Source of the DNA: Candidatus Altimarinota bacterium
GTDB lineage: Bacteria; Patescibacteriota; Gracilibacteria; BD1-5; UBA2023
DNA: 50,037 bases
Assembly (NCBI GenBank): GCA_031423995.1
Contig: JANPGO010000007.1
Span: 1-50,037, forward strand
Reading direction: 5' to 3'
Positions 11,201 through 21,762 of this stretch are shown here, piece by piece. Under the pieces are notes generated by a model. It was not told where the DNA came from. It ran no database searches and saw only the letters and a program-made list of their open reading frames with translations. A program made the position numbers and the translations under genes. Every line of letters starts with the position of its first letter. Within the stretch, counting starts at the first letter, position 1.

Positions 11201-12209
11201 GATATCCGAGGAGAACATTATTCGAGGAGGTGAGGACATATCCAGCTCGATGTCAGAAGACACTATTATTCGAGCCCGCTGAACTGAACTTCATAGACTG
11301 TGTTCAGACAGAAGTATTATATGAACTCGCTGTATTTGTCTGTTGACTCGAGAATCAGACTGCGGTATTATAATTTCCATTGATAAGATAGGTCATCACT
11401 CCTCATCCGAGAGAAGTATTATAACTTCCTGTGGTGACACAACAGAGACCATTATGACCGACAGCAGTATTCGCATTTCCTGTCGTGATAGAGTCAAGAG
11501 TAAATGCTCAAAGTGCCGTATTAAACGCTACAGCGCTACTTCATCTCCCGACTCGCATATCTCCGATGAGGAGATCTCCGCCAGTAAAAGCAATAACTTG
11601 TCCACTTGCATTCATCGTGGAGAGGATTCGCATTTTTTCTGTATTATTCGTCTTCAGTACGAGATCCTGGGCATTGATCGATCCGAGGAAGTCATTTGTA
11701 CCTATAGTATTTCCCGAGAGTGACCAGTAGGTTCCTGAGAGGGTTGCGCTCGTCGTCTGCCAACTCGCGAGTCCTCCTGCATCGGAGACGAGGAATTTCC
11801 CGAGTCCTGGAGTACCTCAGGTGATCATGATCTGACCATTCACCTGGAGTTTCCCTGAACTTGCAGATGGCGTCATACCGATTCCGATATTTCATCCTGC
11901 ATTGTAGAGGTTAGCACTCCCTGTCCAGGTTGTCCCATTGTGGTAGATTGTATATCCAAGCGCACCCGTCATATTGAGTCATGTTGCGGATGGAGTGATA
12001 CAGATCGGCACTCATGTGGAGGTGAATCCTCGGATCACATCACCATAGATAGGACATCCAGGGAAGATATTATCGAAATAGGTTCGATAGGTTCCCCCGA
12101 CGATCTCTCAGGCTGGTGCACCAGTTGGGTAGGTGAGTGCCGATGCGAACGAGATGAGCGAGACAGAGAGTATGAGGGAGAGAGCAAGTGCCAAGAAGCG
12201 GTGACGCAT
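2220..12209 (-). CDS. Giant secreted fibre/adhesin-like repeat protein, 3329 aa
   Basis: ATG at 12207-12209 opens MRHRFLALALSLILSVSLISFASA, a signal-peptide-like N-terminus. I walked the frame codon by codon. About 85 in-frame TGA codons, no TAA or TAG until TAG at 2220-2222. All track ORFs that carry the repeat motifs are in this frame: 2220, 2898, 3264, 4044, 4485, 4821, 5526, 6522, 6951, 7677 and 9981. Content: 17-aa repeats of the form NTANGxxALxSNTTGxx, and about nine neck/knob motifs NQLNIGNWIYGSGGNIGIG..P.QKLTVSGGTIQIIDGTQG.GKFLVSDA.G.ASWQ. Confidence 0.85.
5736..6160 (-). repeat. Tandem 51-bp (17-aa) coding repeat array inside the giant gene, about 8 copies
   Basis: ggtgttggagtagag recurs every 51 nt. 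The array encodes ...SNTTGxxNTANGxxALY... units. It is the most regular part of a repeat pattern that runs through the whole gene. Confidence 0.8.
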
Positions 12210-12226
12210 AGGAGTGAAGTGAGGAA

Positions 12227-13573
12227 TTACTGAATGACAGAATCGAGACCAGGAGGAGGATCAGCAGAGACAGCGCTATTGAAGTCTATTACCATAGACG
12301 ACTTCTCGAACCTGACATCCGTGAATGGAACGGATTTCTGCGTTGGATCGGTATAGTCATAGGTACGGAAATAGTTGAGATCATACACCTGTGAGAGGAG
12401 GGTCGTACAGTTCGAGATGACAACGGGACAGACAGATGGTGTCTGGAGGGCACCCCCGATCGTATTTTTTGAAATAATTCATCACTTGATATATATCTGT
12501 TGGGCTGGGATATTCCATGCTCCAGAGGCAATATACGATGTGATCGGATCTGTTGTCACCGTTTTTTCTCAGGAATAGAGCGATCCCTCAGCATAGATAA
12601 ACGCATAGATTTGATTCACATTCTTCGTGATGATGATATTTCCTCCATTTCCATTCGCATCCTTCAGTGCAATGATCGCTCGCGGATGCGTATCAGTCGG
12701 ATCACCGATGAGACTCTGGTTCAAGATGATATCTCGACCCTCGATGATGATCGAACGCTTCCCTGTCGGCCAGATCCATCCGAATGAGGTATCATAGTCA
12801 AAGGATTGTCCTTTCTGGTAGATGAAGTTTGTACCATTCCCTGATATGAGGTTTGCTGTTGGGATATTTCTCGAGAGCAGTGCGATATTCTTGCGAATCG
12901 TATTGAGGATTTCTGATTGTGAGACATTGCTGAAGACATATCAGACATTCTGGTTGGTCATGTTATAGATACGGCTTCCCGCGATATTTCCGATGACTGC
13001 GATCTTTCCGATAAAGTTGACACTGACCCCGTCGAAAGTGATACCTGTCTGATCAAGTGCTCCCGAGTCAACAGGAGAAGCAGCATAGGCATAGAAAGGG
13101 ATATAGCCAAGTGCACTACTGTGACCAAACCCCTCAAGTACTCATCGTGCTGGATTGTAGTAGACACCCGATCCTCCATCGATGAATGATCCTGAGAGTG
13201 CTATCCATCCACCATTCTGTGACCAGGCAAACCCTGTTGCTGGACAGACGATACTCGTATCTCGGAAGACTGTATCAGGACAGACGATACGAGCCCTCTC
13301 GACACTTCATTCCTGATGATCCAGCCTGACCCAACCGATCTTGCTCACCCAGAAGACTCCTGTGAGGTACCCATCAGTATCGATCATAGCAGCCGAACCA
13401 CTATAGGATGTGCCGATGTCGAATGTTACCTTTCCAGGATGACCTGCAATCCATATATCATCAGGGGTGAATGAGCCTTTAATACGAAAATACTGTCCTG
13501 CACTCATCACGAAGAAGAATGAAAGACTGGATACTAGAAAAATGATGATCGCAAATAGGACTTTACGACTCAT
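12227..13573 (-). CDS. Secreted or membrane-anchored protein with G(F/Y)AWS..GW-type repeats, 448 aa
   Basis: ATG 13571-13573 opens MSRKVLFAIIIFLVSSLSFFFVMSA, a signal or anchor sequence. I walked the frame by hand: 7 in-frame TGA codons, then TAA at 12227-12229. Motifs GVFWVSKIGWVRL and GFAWSQNGGWIAL. C-terminal part contains ...IIIEGRDIILNQSL..IIALKDANGNGGNIIITKNV..IYIKGGIISKNTIGGA. The stop lies 17 nt upstream of the giant-gene start. Confidence 0.75.
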
Positions 13574-13721
13574 AAAAAATGAATACTATTTGTTGAGGAA
13601 TGGAAAAAAGTGAGCTGAAAAACTGAGACTTCGCTTGATAGTACAGAAAAACAGGGAAAAATCACAAAAAAAAATATTCCACAATTCATTTTTTTATTTA
13701 TTATATAGATTTATCCAGCGT

Positions 13722-14495
13722 ATGCCTATATTCGAAATTCATATTTTCAGTCTCACACTCGCCCCAACATGGTATTGACTCATGTACGCATTGGGATTTT
13801 TTCTCTGTTATGAATATATGAAACGTCAGGCGAGATTGAGAAATGGAGATATTGATACACTGCTCTTCTTTATCTTCCTTGGAGTGATACTCGGGGGGAG
13901 ATTTGGCTATGTATTTCTCTACAATGCATCATACTACCTTGGGCATATCTGAGAAATACTCATGCCGTGGAAATGAGGAATGAGTTTCCATGGTGGAGCT
14001 ATTGGAGTCATCATTGCTGTCTTTCTCTTTGCATGGAAACACCGGTATGCTGTTTTCGATATTTCTGATCCTCTTGTCACGATACTCCCTGGAGCACTCG
14101 GGCTCGGACGTATAGGAAACCTTATCAATCATGAGCTCCTCGGTTTCTCTGCCTACACTTGACCATTCGGCATAATAGAGGGTGGTGTGAGGCATTTTCC
14201 AAGCCCACTTCTTGAGGGATTTTTGGAAGGCATAATTCTCCTCGTTCTAATGTTTCTCTGGAAGAAATATGAAACAAGGTACGAGAGAAAACCCTGATAT
14301 GCTTCTGCATACTTTCTTCTCTTCTACGGAATATTTCGGATATTTTCAGAGTTTTTTCGCCTTCCTGATGCTCATATAGGGTACCTCTTCGGAACCAATT
14401 GGGTCACTCTCGGAATGATCTATAGCCTCCCCATGCTTCTCTGAAGTGGTATTGTCTGGTACTATGCAAGAAAGAGGTGAGCTGAAAGCCGATAG
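13722..14495 (+). CDS. lgt: Prolipoprotein diacylglyceryl transferase
   Basis: Frame open from ATG 13722 to TAG 14493-14495, with 7 TGA codons. Motifs [27 protein letters not shown] and [13 protein letters not shown]. Multi-pass hydrophobic profile. Confidence 0.85.
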
Positions 14496-14630
14496 GAATT
14501 AGATATAGTTGAGTGAACTGGATGAAAAAAATCAAGAAAGTGCCATCTAGAGGAAAGTATGGATCTTTATTTCATTCTCTACTGTCTTGTTATTCAACGC
14601 TCTCTCCTATCTGCTATTCTCTATCTGCTC

Positions 14631-15140
14631 CTATCTCACTCCCATCATTGCGGATCATGGGAGGAAAAATCCAATACCCGTCATATTCTTGATCTTCACA
14701 AAGAGATTCCAGTACGATATTGCCCTATTGACACTCGCAAAATGAGATCGCATAAGACGCTCATACTCGATGATAAAGTCTCGTATATAGACAAAGTACT
14801 CGTCCTTCTGAACAGACTTCGTATGCATAGAAAGTTCCATGAGAAAGAGGAAGTCATTCTGGATCTTGGCATTGAGTCCGAGTATGTCATAGAGTGTTCG
14901 AAATTCTTGGATCATAGCCTGAGTATGGAGACGTATGATATGATCGAATGACTCTTCTCGATCAATATACGGTCTCATGACTTCGATGAGTGCGGGGATT
15001 TTTCCGATCTTTCCGAGAAAGAGATCAATCAGTATTGATTCCTGAACGGCAACATATTTTGAAAGCACGAAAAAGAAGATTGCATAGATACTGAGGAACC
15101 CGATAGCAATACTGAGAATGACGATTCCAAAAGAAAACAT
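14631..15140 (-). CDS. LemA-like single-pass membrane protein
   Basis: N-terminal TM helix (FGIVILSIAIGFLSIYAIFFFVL) followed by a helical domain with LemA-like spacing (IDLFLGKIGKIPALIEVMRPYIDRE). One TGA is read through. The true stop is TAG at 14631-14633. The family assignment is weak. Confidence 0.5.
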
Positions 15141-15269
15141 ATCATTACTATAGGAAGAAATTCCTCTTTTTCAAGAAAGTTCTTGAAAAAAGTAAAAGTC
15201 TTCGTATTCTGAATTCTGGATAAAATCATTGAGACTTCTCTAAAAATTAGAAAAATCCATACAACAATC

Positions 15270-16703
15270 ATGAAACGATACGATATTCGCCTCTCCCTGA
15301 TAACATTTACGATTGAAATCGCCGGCATTATTGGACTTTTTTTTGTGAGCTACTTTCTCAGGTCAATCACGGACGGTATCCCATTCGTCCAACTTCGAAT
15401 ACCCTTTATCAGTGAAGCACAATTTATCCCCTTTGTCCTCTATTGAGTACTCTTTTGGTGAGCAATATTTTCCAATGCTCGACTCTATACCTATGTGCCC
15501 GACAAGCCAATCATCGAAACACTGAGAGAGACAATTTCTCGAAGTATACTTTGGTTTTTTATCTATATTGGTTTTGTCTATCTCTCGACAGGATTTCTCT
15601 TCGAGAAAGAAATACCACGACTCATCATCCTCTATGTCTGGATCTTCTCGACCACTTACTCAGTCATCCTCCGACTTTCACTCGCAGCGATCATGAACCT
15701 CTTGTATGAAAGATGAATACTTCCTCGTAAAAAAATCCTCGTCATCGTACCAAAAGAATGAGAATCATATACTCTCCTTCCGCATCCATCGATCGAATAT
15801 ATCTATCAAGATGCGAGTCAGTATGGAGCAATTTTTCGATCTATCAGAGAAAAGTCTGTCGATGCTGTTCTCTCACTCCTCTGAAAAAATGAAACGAAGA
15901 AAACCCTAGAAGTCATCAAACTCTGTGAAATCTATGGTATCAGTTACTCGTATCCGAAGATACTCCCATCAGTATTAGAAATTCCAAAACGAGATACAAT
16001 CATCTGAGGCATTCCAGTCGTAGAGAGTACCTCTGTATCGATCACTCATTGGGAACGTATCATCAAGCGTACTGGGGATATTATTGTTTCAATTTTTTGA
16101 ATTATCACTCTCTCTCCCCTCTTCTGTATTATTGCACTCATGATACAGTTCGAAGATCCCTCATGACCAATACTCTTCAAAAACCGCCGTGTATGACTCT
16201 GAGGAAAAGAATTTTTCCTCTATAAATTCCGTTATATGTACTGGAAATATAGTATCAAGGATGCCTATGGTGTGAAGGAAAATGAAGATAGTGCACTCCA
16301 GTATGAAGAACATCTCAAAGAATCCAACGATACTCGTGACTGACCGCTCTACAAGATCACTGATGATCCACGGCGGATGAAGGGAGGAAGAATTCTCGAG
16401 AGACTCTCCCTCGATGAACTCCCTCAGCTCTTCAATGTCCTCAGAGGTGATATGTCTCTCGTCTGACCCCGACCGCATCAGCCTCGTGAAGTCAAGGAGT
16501 ATGAAGAGCATCATTACCAAGTTCTGACTATTAAGCCAGGTATCACTGGGATGGCGCAAGTCTATGGACGAGAGGAAAATACTTTCGAGGAAGAGGTTGG
16601 TCTCGATACCTACTATATCGAGCACTATTCCCCGATACTCGATCTCCTCATCCTCATACGTACAGTATTTGTCGTTTTGCAGCGAGCCTTCAGGAGGAAA
16701 TAA
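15270..16703 (+). CDS. Polyprenyl-phosphate sugar phosphotransferase (WbaP/EpsL-type 'bacterial sugar transferase')
   Basis: Frame walked from ATG 15270 to TAA 16701-16703. N-terminal TM segments. C-terminal catalytic domain motifs: [65 protein letters not shown]. Confidence 0.85.
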
Positions 16704-16821
16704 GGAAAAGAGGAAGTCTTTTTTGGAAAATCGAGAAAATTTCGTATTATCGACAGGAATAAAAAATGAAAGATATTCCATCCTGATTCCTATGTATTGA
16801 TATCTGATACTTTCCCTTGTC

Positions 16822-16849
16822 CTAAATTCTAAAATCTAAATTCTAAAAT
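16822..16849 (+). repeat. 2 x 14 bp direct repeat (4 x heptamer TAAAWTC), 10 nt upstream of valS
   Basis: ctaaattctaaaat occurs twice in tandem. It ends 10 nt before ATG 16860. Confidence 0.6.
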
Positions 16850-16859
16850 CTCACCTTTT

Positions 16860-19682
16860 ATGTCTGATTTTCCAAAACACTATACCCCACAGGATACTGA
16901 GAAATCTATGCAAGATCTCTGGGAACGAGAAAAATGCGCTCTTCCTCATGCAAGTACAACAGGGAAAACCTTCTATATCCCGATTCCTCCGCCAAATGTC
17001 ACAGGCAAGCTCCATATCGGTCATGCACTCATGCTCTCACTCGAGGATATCATGATCCGATACCATCGCATGATCGGGGATGAGACGATATGGATTCCTG
17101 GCACGGATCATGCAGGGATATCCACGCAGGCGCGTGTCGAAGATCGTCTGAATAAACAGTGAACGCCGCGAAAACAAATCGGTCGTGAGAAATTCCTCGA
17201 AGCATGTAAAGAATGGGTGAGTGAATATGGTGGACATATCCAGTGACAGGTTGCCCGTATGGGTGCATCCGTTGACTGGACTCGTGAACGATATACCTTC
17301 GATGACAAGTCGAATGCACTTGTTGAGAAGATATTTATAGACCTCTATAACAAGTGACTCATATACCGTGGTGAGTATATGGTGAACTACTCTCCAGTCC
17401 TCGAATCTGTCATCTCTGATATCGAGGTCGAACACAAGGAAGTCGAAGAGAAAATGTATTATATCAACTATTTCGTTGCTGGAAGTGACAAGGAACTCCT
17501 CGTTGCTACGACACGTCCAGAGACACTCCTCGCTGATCAGGCAGTAGCGGTACATCCGAAAGATAAACGGTACAAGAAACTCATCGGTCGATCGGTCATA
17601 CTCCCAATAGTGAATAAGGAAATCCCTATCATTGCTGATGAGATGGTCGATATGGATTTCGGAACTGGTGTTGTGAAGATCACTCCAGCCCACGATCCTG
17701 CAGATTTCGAGACAGCAAAAAGACACAATCTCCGAATGGACTATCGTGTGATCGATCGCAACGGTATGATGACCAAGGAAGCAGGAATATTTGCAGGTCT
17801 TCTCGCAAGTGGGGAAGGCAGGTCAAATATCGTCGAACTATTGAGAAGCAAGGGAAATCTCGTGAAGGTCGAACCATACACCCATAAGGTTGGTTTCTGT
17901 GAACGCAGTAAATGTCGAATAGAGTCGGTCGTCTCAACACAATGGTTCGTCAGCGCCTCTGTCATGGCAGAGAAAGTCATCATAGGATACAAAAAGAAGG
18001 ACTTCGAAATCATTCCAGAACGATTCAATAAAACATTTGAGGACTGGATCTATAATCTCCGTGATTGGTGTATCTCTCGCCAGCTCTGGTGGGGTCACCA
18101 GATACCAGCATATTTCGATACCAATACGGGAGAACTCCTCGGGGTGACGAGTGATCCGAGTGAGATCTATAGGAAGCAATGTGAGAAGTATCATCTTCCT
18201 ATCAATACTCTGACTCTACAAAGTCTGAAAGCTTCTCAAAAACGAAGAAATTCGGATGAAGTATGACCACCGCAGTGAATCGTATCTGGTAATACGACGA
18301 ACGAGGAAGCGGAACACTGAATTCGAAGTTCGAGTTTTTCAGAAGCTTTCATGAAGAGGGATGAGGATGTCCTCGATACATGGTTCTCGAGCGCACTCTG
18401 GCCATTCTCGGTTCTCGACTGGGACTTTGAGACACCGAGTGAATTTTTCGAGAAATTCTATCCAGCTGATGTTCTTGAGACAGGACACGATATTCTCTTT
18501 TTTTGGGTTATTCGTATGTTCCTCATGGGCTATGAATACACCGGACAGTCTCCATTCAAAAAAGTATATCTCCATGGTCTCGTACTCAATGAAGATGGAA
18601 AAAAAATGAGTAAAAGCGCTGGAACCGTGATCGATCCTCTTTCGATCATCGATAAATACTCAACAGATGCACTGAGACTCGCCCTTGTTCTCGGGAATAC
18701 CCCGGGGAATAATCTCAATTTCTCCATCAAAGATGTCGAAGAATATGGATTTTTTCTGAATAAACTCTGGAATATTGTCCGATTTTCCTGGATGAATGTC
18801 GGAGATATCAACGAAGATCGTACAGTCATCGAAGAGAGAATCAAGACACATGAGCAACACCTCCTCCCATATGAACGTTGGATCCTTTCTCGACTTTCGA
18901 GCATCACCAAGAAGATGACAGCAGGAATGGAGGAATATAGCTTCTCATCGAGTGGACTCGAGCTCCTCGCATTTATCCGTGATGAGTTCGCCGACTTTGC
19001 AATCGAGGCATATAAAATAGAAAAAGATATGAGTATTGTTGGGAAAGATGTCATGAAGCTCTGTATTCTCGATATTCTTGGCCTGCTCCATCCATATGCT
19101 CCTCACATTACAGAGAAACTGTATGGTTCAGTTACTGGATGACGAATTCTGATGATGAGTACATGGCCGGTCTCAACGATCGATTCAGAGAAGTCGAGTG
19201 AGGAGCTCATGACTCGAGTCTTTGATATTGTGAGGATCATTCGCAATATTCGCGCAGAATCAAAGGTACCAGCAGGTGAACTTCGTGATATCATGATCAT
19301 AACTCCTGAAGTATATCGTAGCGGGATAGAAATAAATGCTCGCATTATTGCTTGACTTGGACGATGAAGTTCTATCGAAGTCGGGAAAAAACCGCCAAAA
19401 TGATCAGGCTATGCCTATGGGGTTATCCACGGTATAGATATTTATGTCGATGCTCGTATCGATGCATCCAAGATCGAGGAAGAACGAGCACGACTCGAAT
19501 CACAGATAGAAGAAAAAAGGTTCTATCTAAGAACTCTTTCTACAAAGCTCCAGAATAATGCATTTATTGCCAATGCTCCAGAAAAAATTGTCCGAGTAGA
19601 GATGGAGAAAAAAAATCAGGCAGAAACAGAGCTCAAAAAACTCGAAGAGAAATATCATACTCTCACAACGGAGATAGACTAA
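16860..19682 (+). CDS. valS: Valyl-tRNA synthetase
   Basis: PPPNVTGKLHIGHA (HIGH motif), TRPETLL, WWGHQIPAY, DEDVLDTWFSS, KMSKS and a C-terminal coiled coil. Track ORFs 16860, 17379, 18351 and 19152 share one frame and are joined only by TGA codons. TAA at 19680-19682. Confidence 0.95.
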
Positions 19683-21662
19683 TTAGTCTGCAATTCTGAA
19701 AGTATAATCATCTTCAACAAACCGTCACTTCATCGCAGAGAGACATCGGATGATATTATTGTGCCAATTGGCACTCGATGATGCATAGATTGGCCCATCA
19801 CCATTCCCCCAACGAGAGAGATCGCTCACATGGGTATACTGAATAAGGAACCTATTGTTGAGAGTCTTTCCCATCCAATCGACCCCCTCTTGTGCCGTGG
19901 TGAATGAATATGTATCTCCACTGTCCGTATTTCCGATATTTCCGATATTGTAGTCGGTCTTCATATGATTCCCAAGTGTGGTCTCAGCAAGACCGACACA
20001 CATGAGGAAACTTGGATCAACATGGTATTCGAGTGCCGAATTGACCCACATATTCCAATCCTTGTATTCCTGACTCGCATACGTTGAGAGGAGGTACTTC
20101 TGTCGATCTTCTTCTGTGTTTCCCTTGAGCGTGAATTTGACTTCATAGGCACTCAGATCTCTTCCAGTTCAGAAAGACTCAACCATATCCCCGAGGAATT
20201 TTTCCTGATAGCGGGATGGAAGACTCGGATATTCAATCTGATTCAACGAGAGAACTCTGAGTGGATCAAGCGCACTGCCATCATGCCATACTTCAAAGTG
20301 AAGGTGTGATCCACTCGTCATCGGTCCAGCACCTGGAGTTCCAGGAGCTCCTCCACTTTTTGCGATGAATTGACCCTTCGTGACGAACTGATATGGAAGG
20401 ACATCAACTTCTGAGAGATGTCCATAGACGGTCACGTATCCATCTGGATGTCTGAGTGCAATGTAGGAATACCCTCATGGTGCAGGAGGAAGAATATAAT
20501 AGACATATCCATCCAGCGCAGCCGTCACATCACTTCCTTGATCGATCGCGATATCGATGGCATCATGCTGACTTCAGAAAGCCTCATAGTAGTCAGGGTC
20601 TCGGAAAAATGTCGTAATCGTTCGTGAGTTCACTGGCCATCGAAGAATATTAGTCGTCCCTGTGAGCACTTGAACTCACTTGAGAGCACGTTCATTTCGA
20701 TAGTAGGCGAGCATGATCGAACATTTTTGAACATCATGTGCCGTCTTTTTGACAACATTACATCCGTTCTTCTCAAGAAGGACATCGAGTGAGGCATTAT
20801 ACGCCTTCGTTGCATCCTGCCATGCCGTCTCTACAGTCATTTCTGCCTCCTTCTGAGAGTCGATATATTTCTGAAAAAGGTCTTCCTGTCATTTTGTGAT
20901 GTCAATAAGTTTCTGCCGTTCATTTCCCTGAATAATGAGGTTCGATTTCTGTCTTTCAAGTGTTGTATTGAGGTTTTCAAGATCAGCTATTTCTTCTTTG
21001 AGCTTGAGGTTGAGCCGATAATAGTCCTGTATGAGAGCCTTATATTCATCAACGAATTTTTCTCAGAGTTCACTGACGAGAGATTTGTAGGTGATATCCG
21101 TGATGATTCCATCGGTCGAGTCAGATGAAAGTACTAATCCTTGAACGATATCAATATCATTATTTTCATCATAGACAAATGCTCACTCTGAATGAATGCT
21201 CGCAAGGTATTGAAATATCACACTCCGATTTCTGACAATCTTTCGTTTGAGTTGTAGTGAAGTGATTTGGTATTCTTGGATCTTTGAACGTTTTTCGATG
21301 ATTGATTGTTCGCTCGTATCAATATTCTCTTGTGTTTTCGCGACTGCATCATCGATGAGCCAGAGAGCCTCTTCGAGTGAATTTCGTTTTTCTGTTGCGA
21401 GATTTTTTTTAATACTATAGGTTTCCTGCACTGATTGGAGTTTTCGCTTCAGTCATTCAAGACCATTCATACGGTATTCATTCTGGAGGAGCTCTGTCGA
21501 ACCAGACTGTCCAAAAGGCAATGTCTCAAAAAGCATTTTATACTCAACATCTTTGAAGTTCTCAAGAACACGAGCAGACGTACCTGGATTGATGGCGAGT
21601 ACCAGGAGCGGAGTTGCTACTGAAAAGAAGAAGAGGGGAAGAATTATATATTTTGCATTCAT
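19683..21662 (-). CDS. Secreted coiled-coil M23 (LytM-type) metallopeptidase with an extra C-terminal domain
   Basis: Signal peptide MNAKYIILPLFFFSVATPLLVLA. Long heptad-like region. M23 motifs: HDAIDIA, YIALRHPDGYVTVYGHLSEV, TSGSHLHFEVW. The C-terminal ~160 aa contain CVGLAETTLGN..NIGNIG, which may be a muramidase- or glucosaminidase-like fold. The true stop TAA is at 19683-19685, after read-through of TGA 19725-19727. Confidence 0.8.
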
Positions 21663-21762
21663 ATGACTATGCTATCATGTATACGAATTTGAAGCAATAA
21701 ATCCCATGAAAGAGACAAGGAATTCGACTTGTCGATTTGATGAATCACAGGATTATAGAGTC

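Noticed and set aside
2220-13573. A diversity-generating retroelement or shufflon acting on the repeat protein
   Set aside because: The window contains no reverse transcriptase, no template/variable repeat pair with adenine-specific differences, and no recombinase or inverted crossover sites.
16161-18028. Minus-strand ORFs 16161-16781 and 17037-17726, and others overlapping the sugar transferase gene and valS
   Set aside because: They are antisense to genes with strong family motifs and have no motifs of their own.
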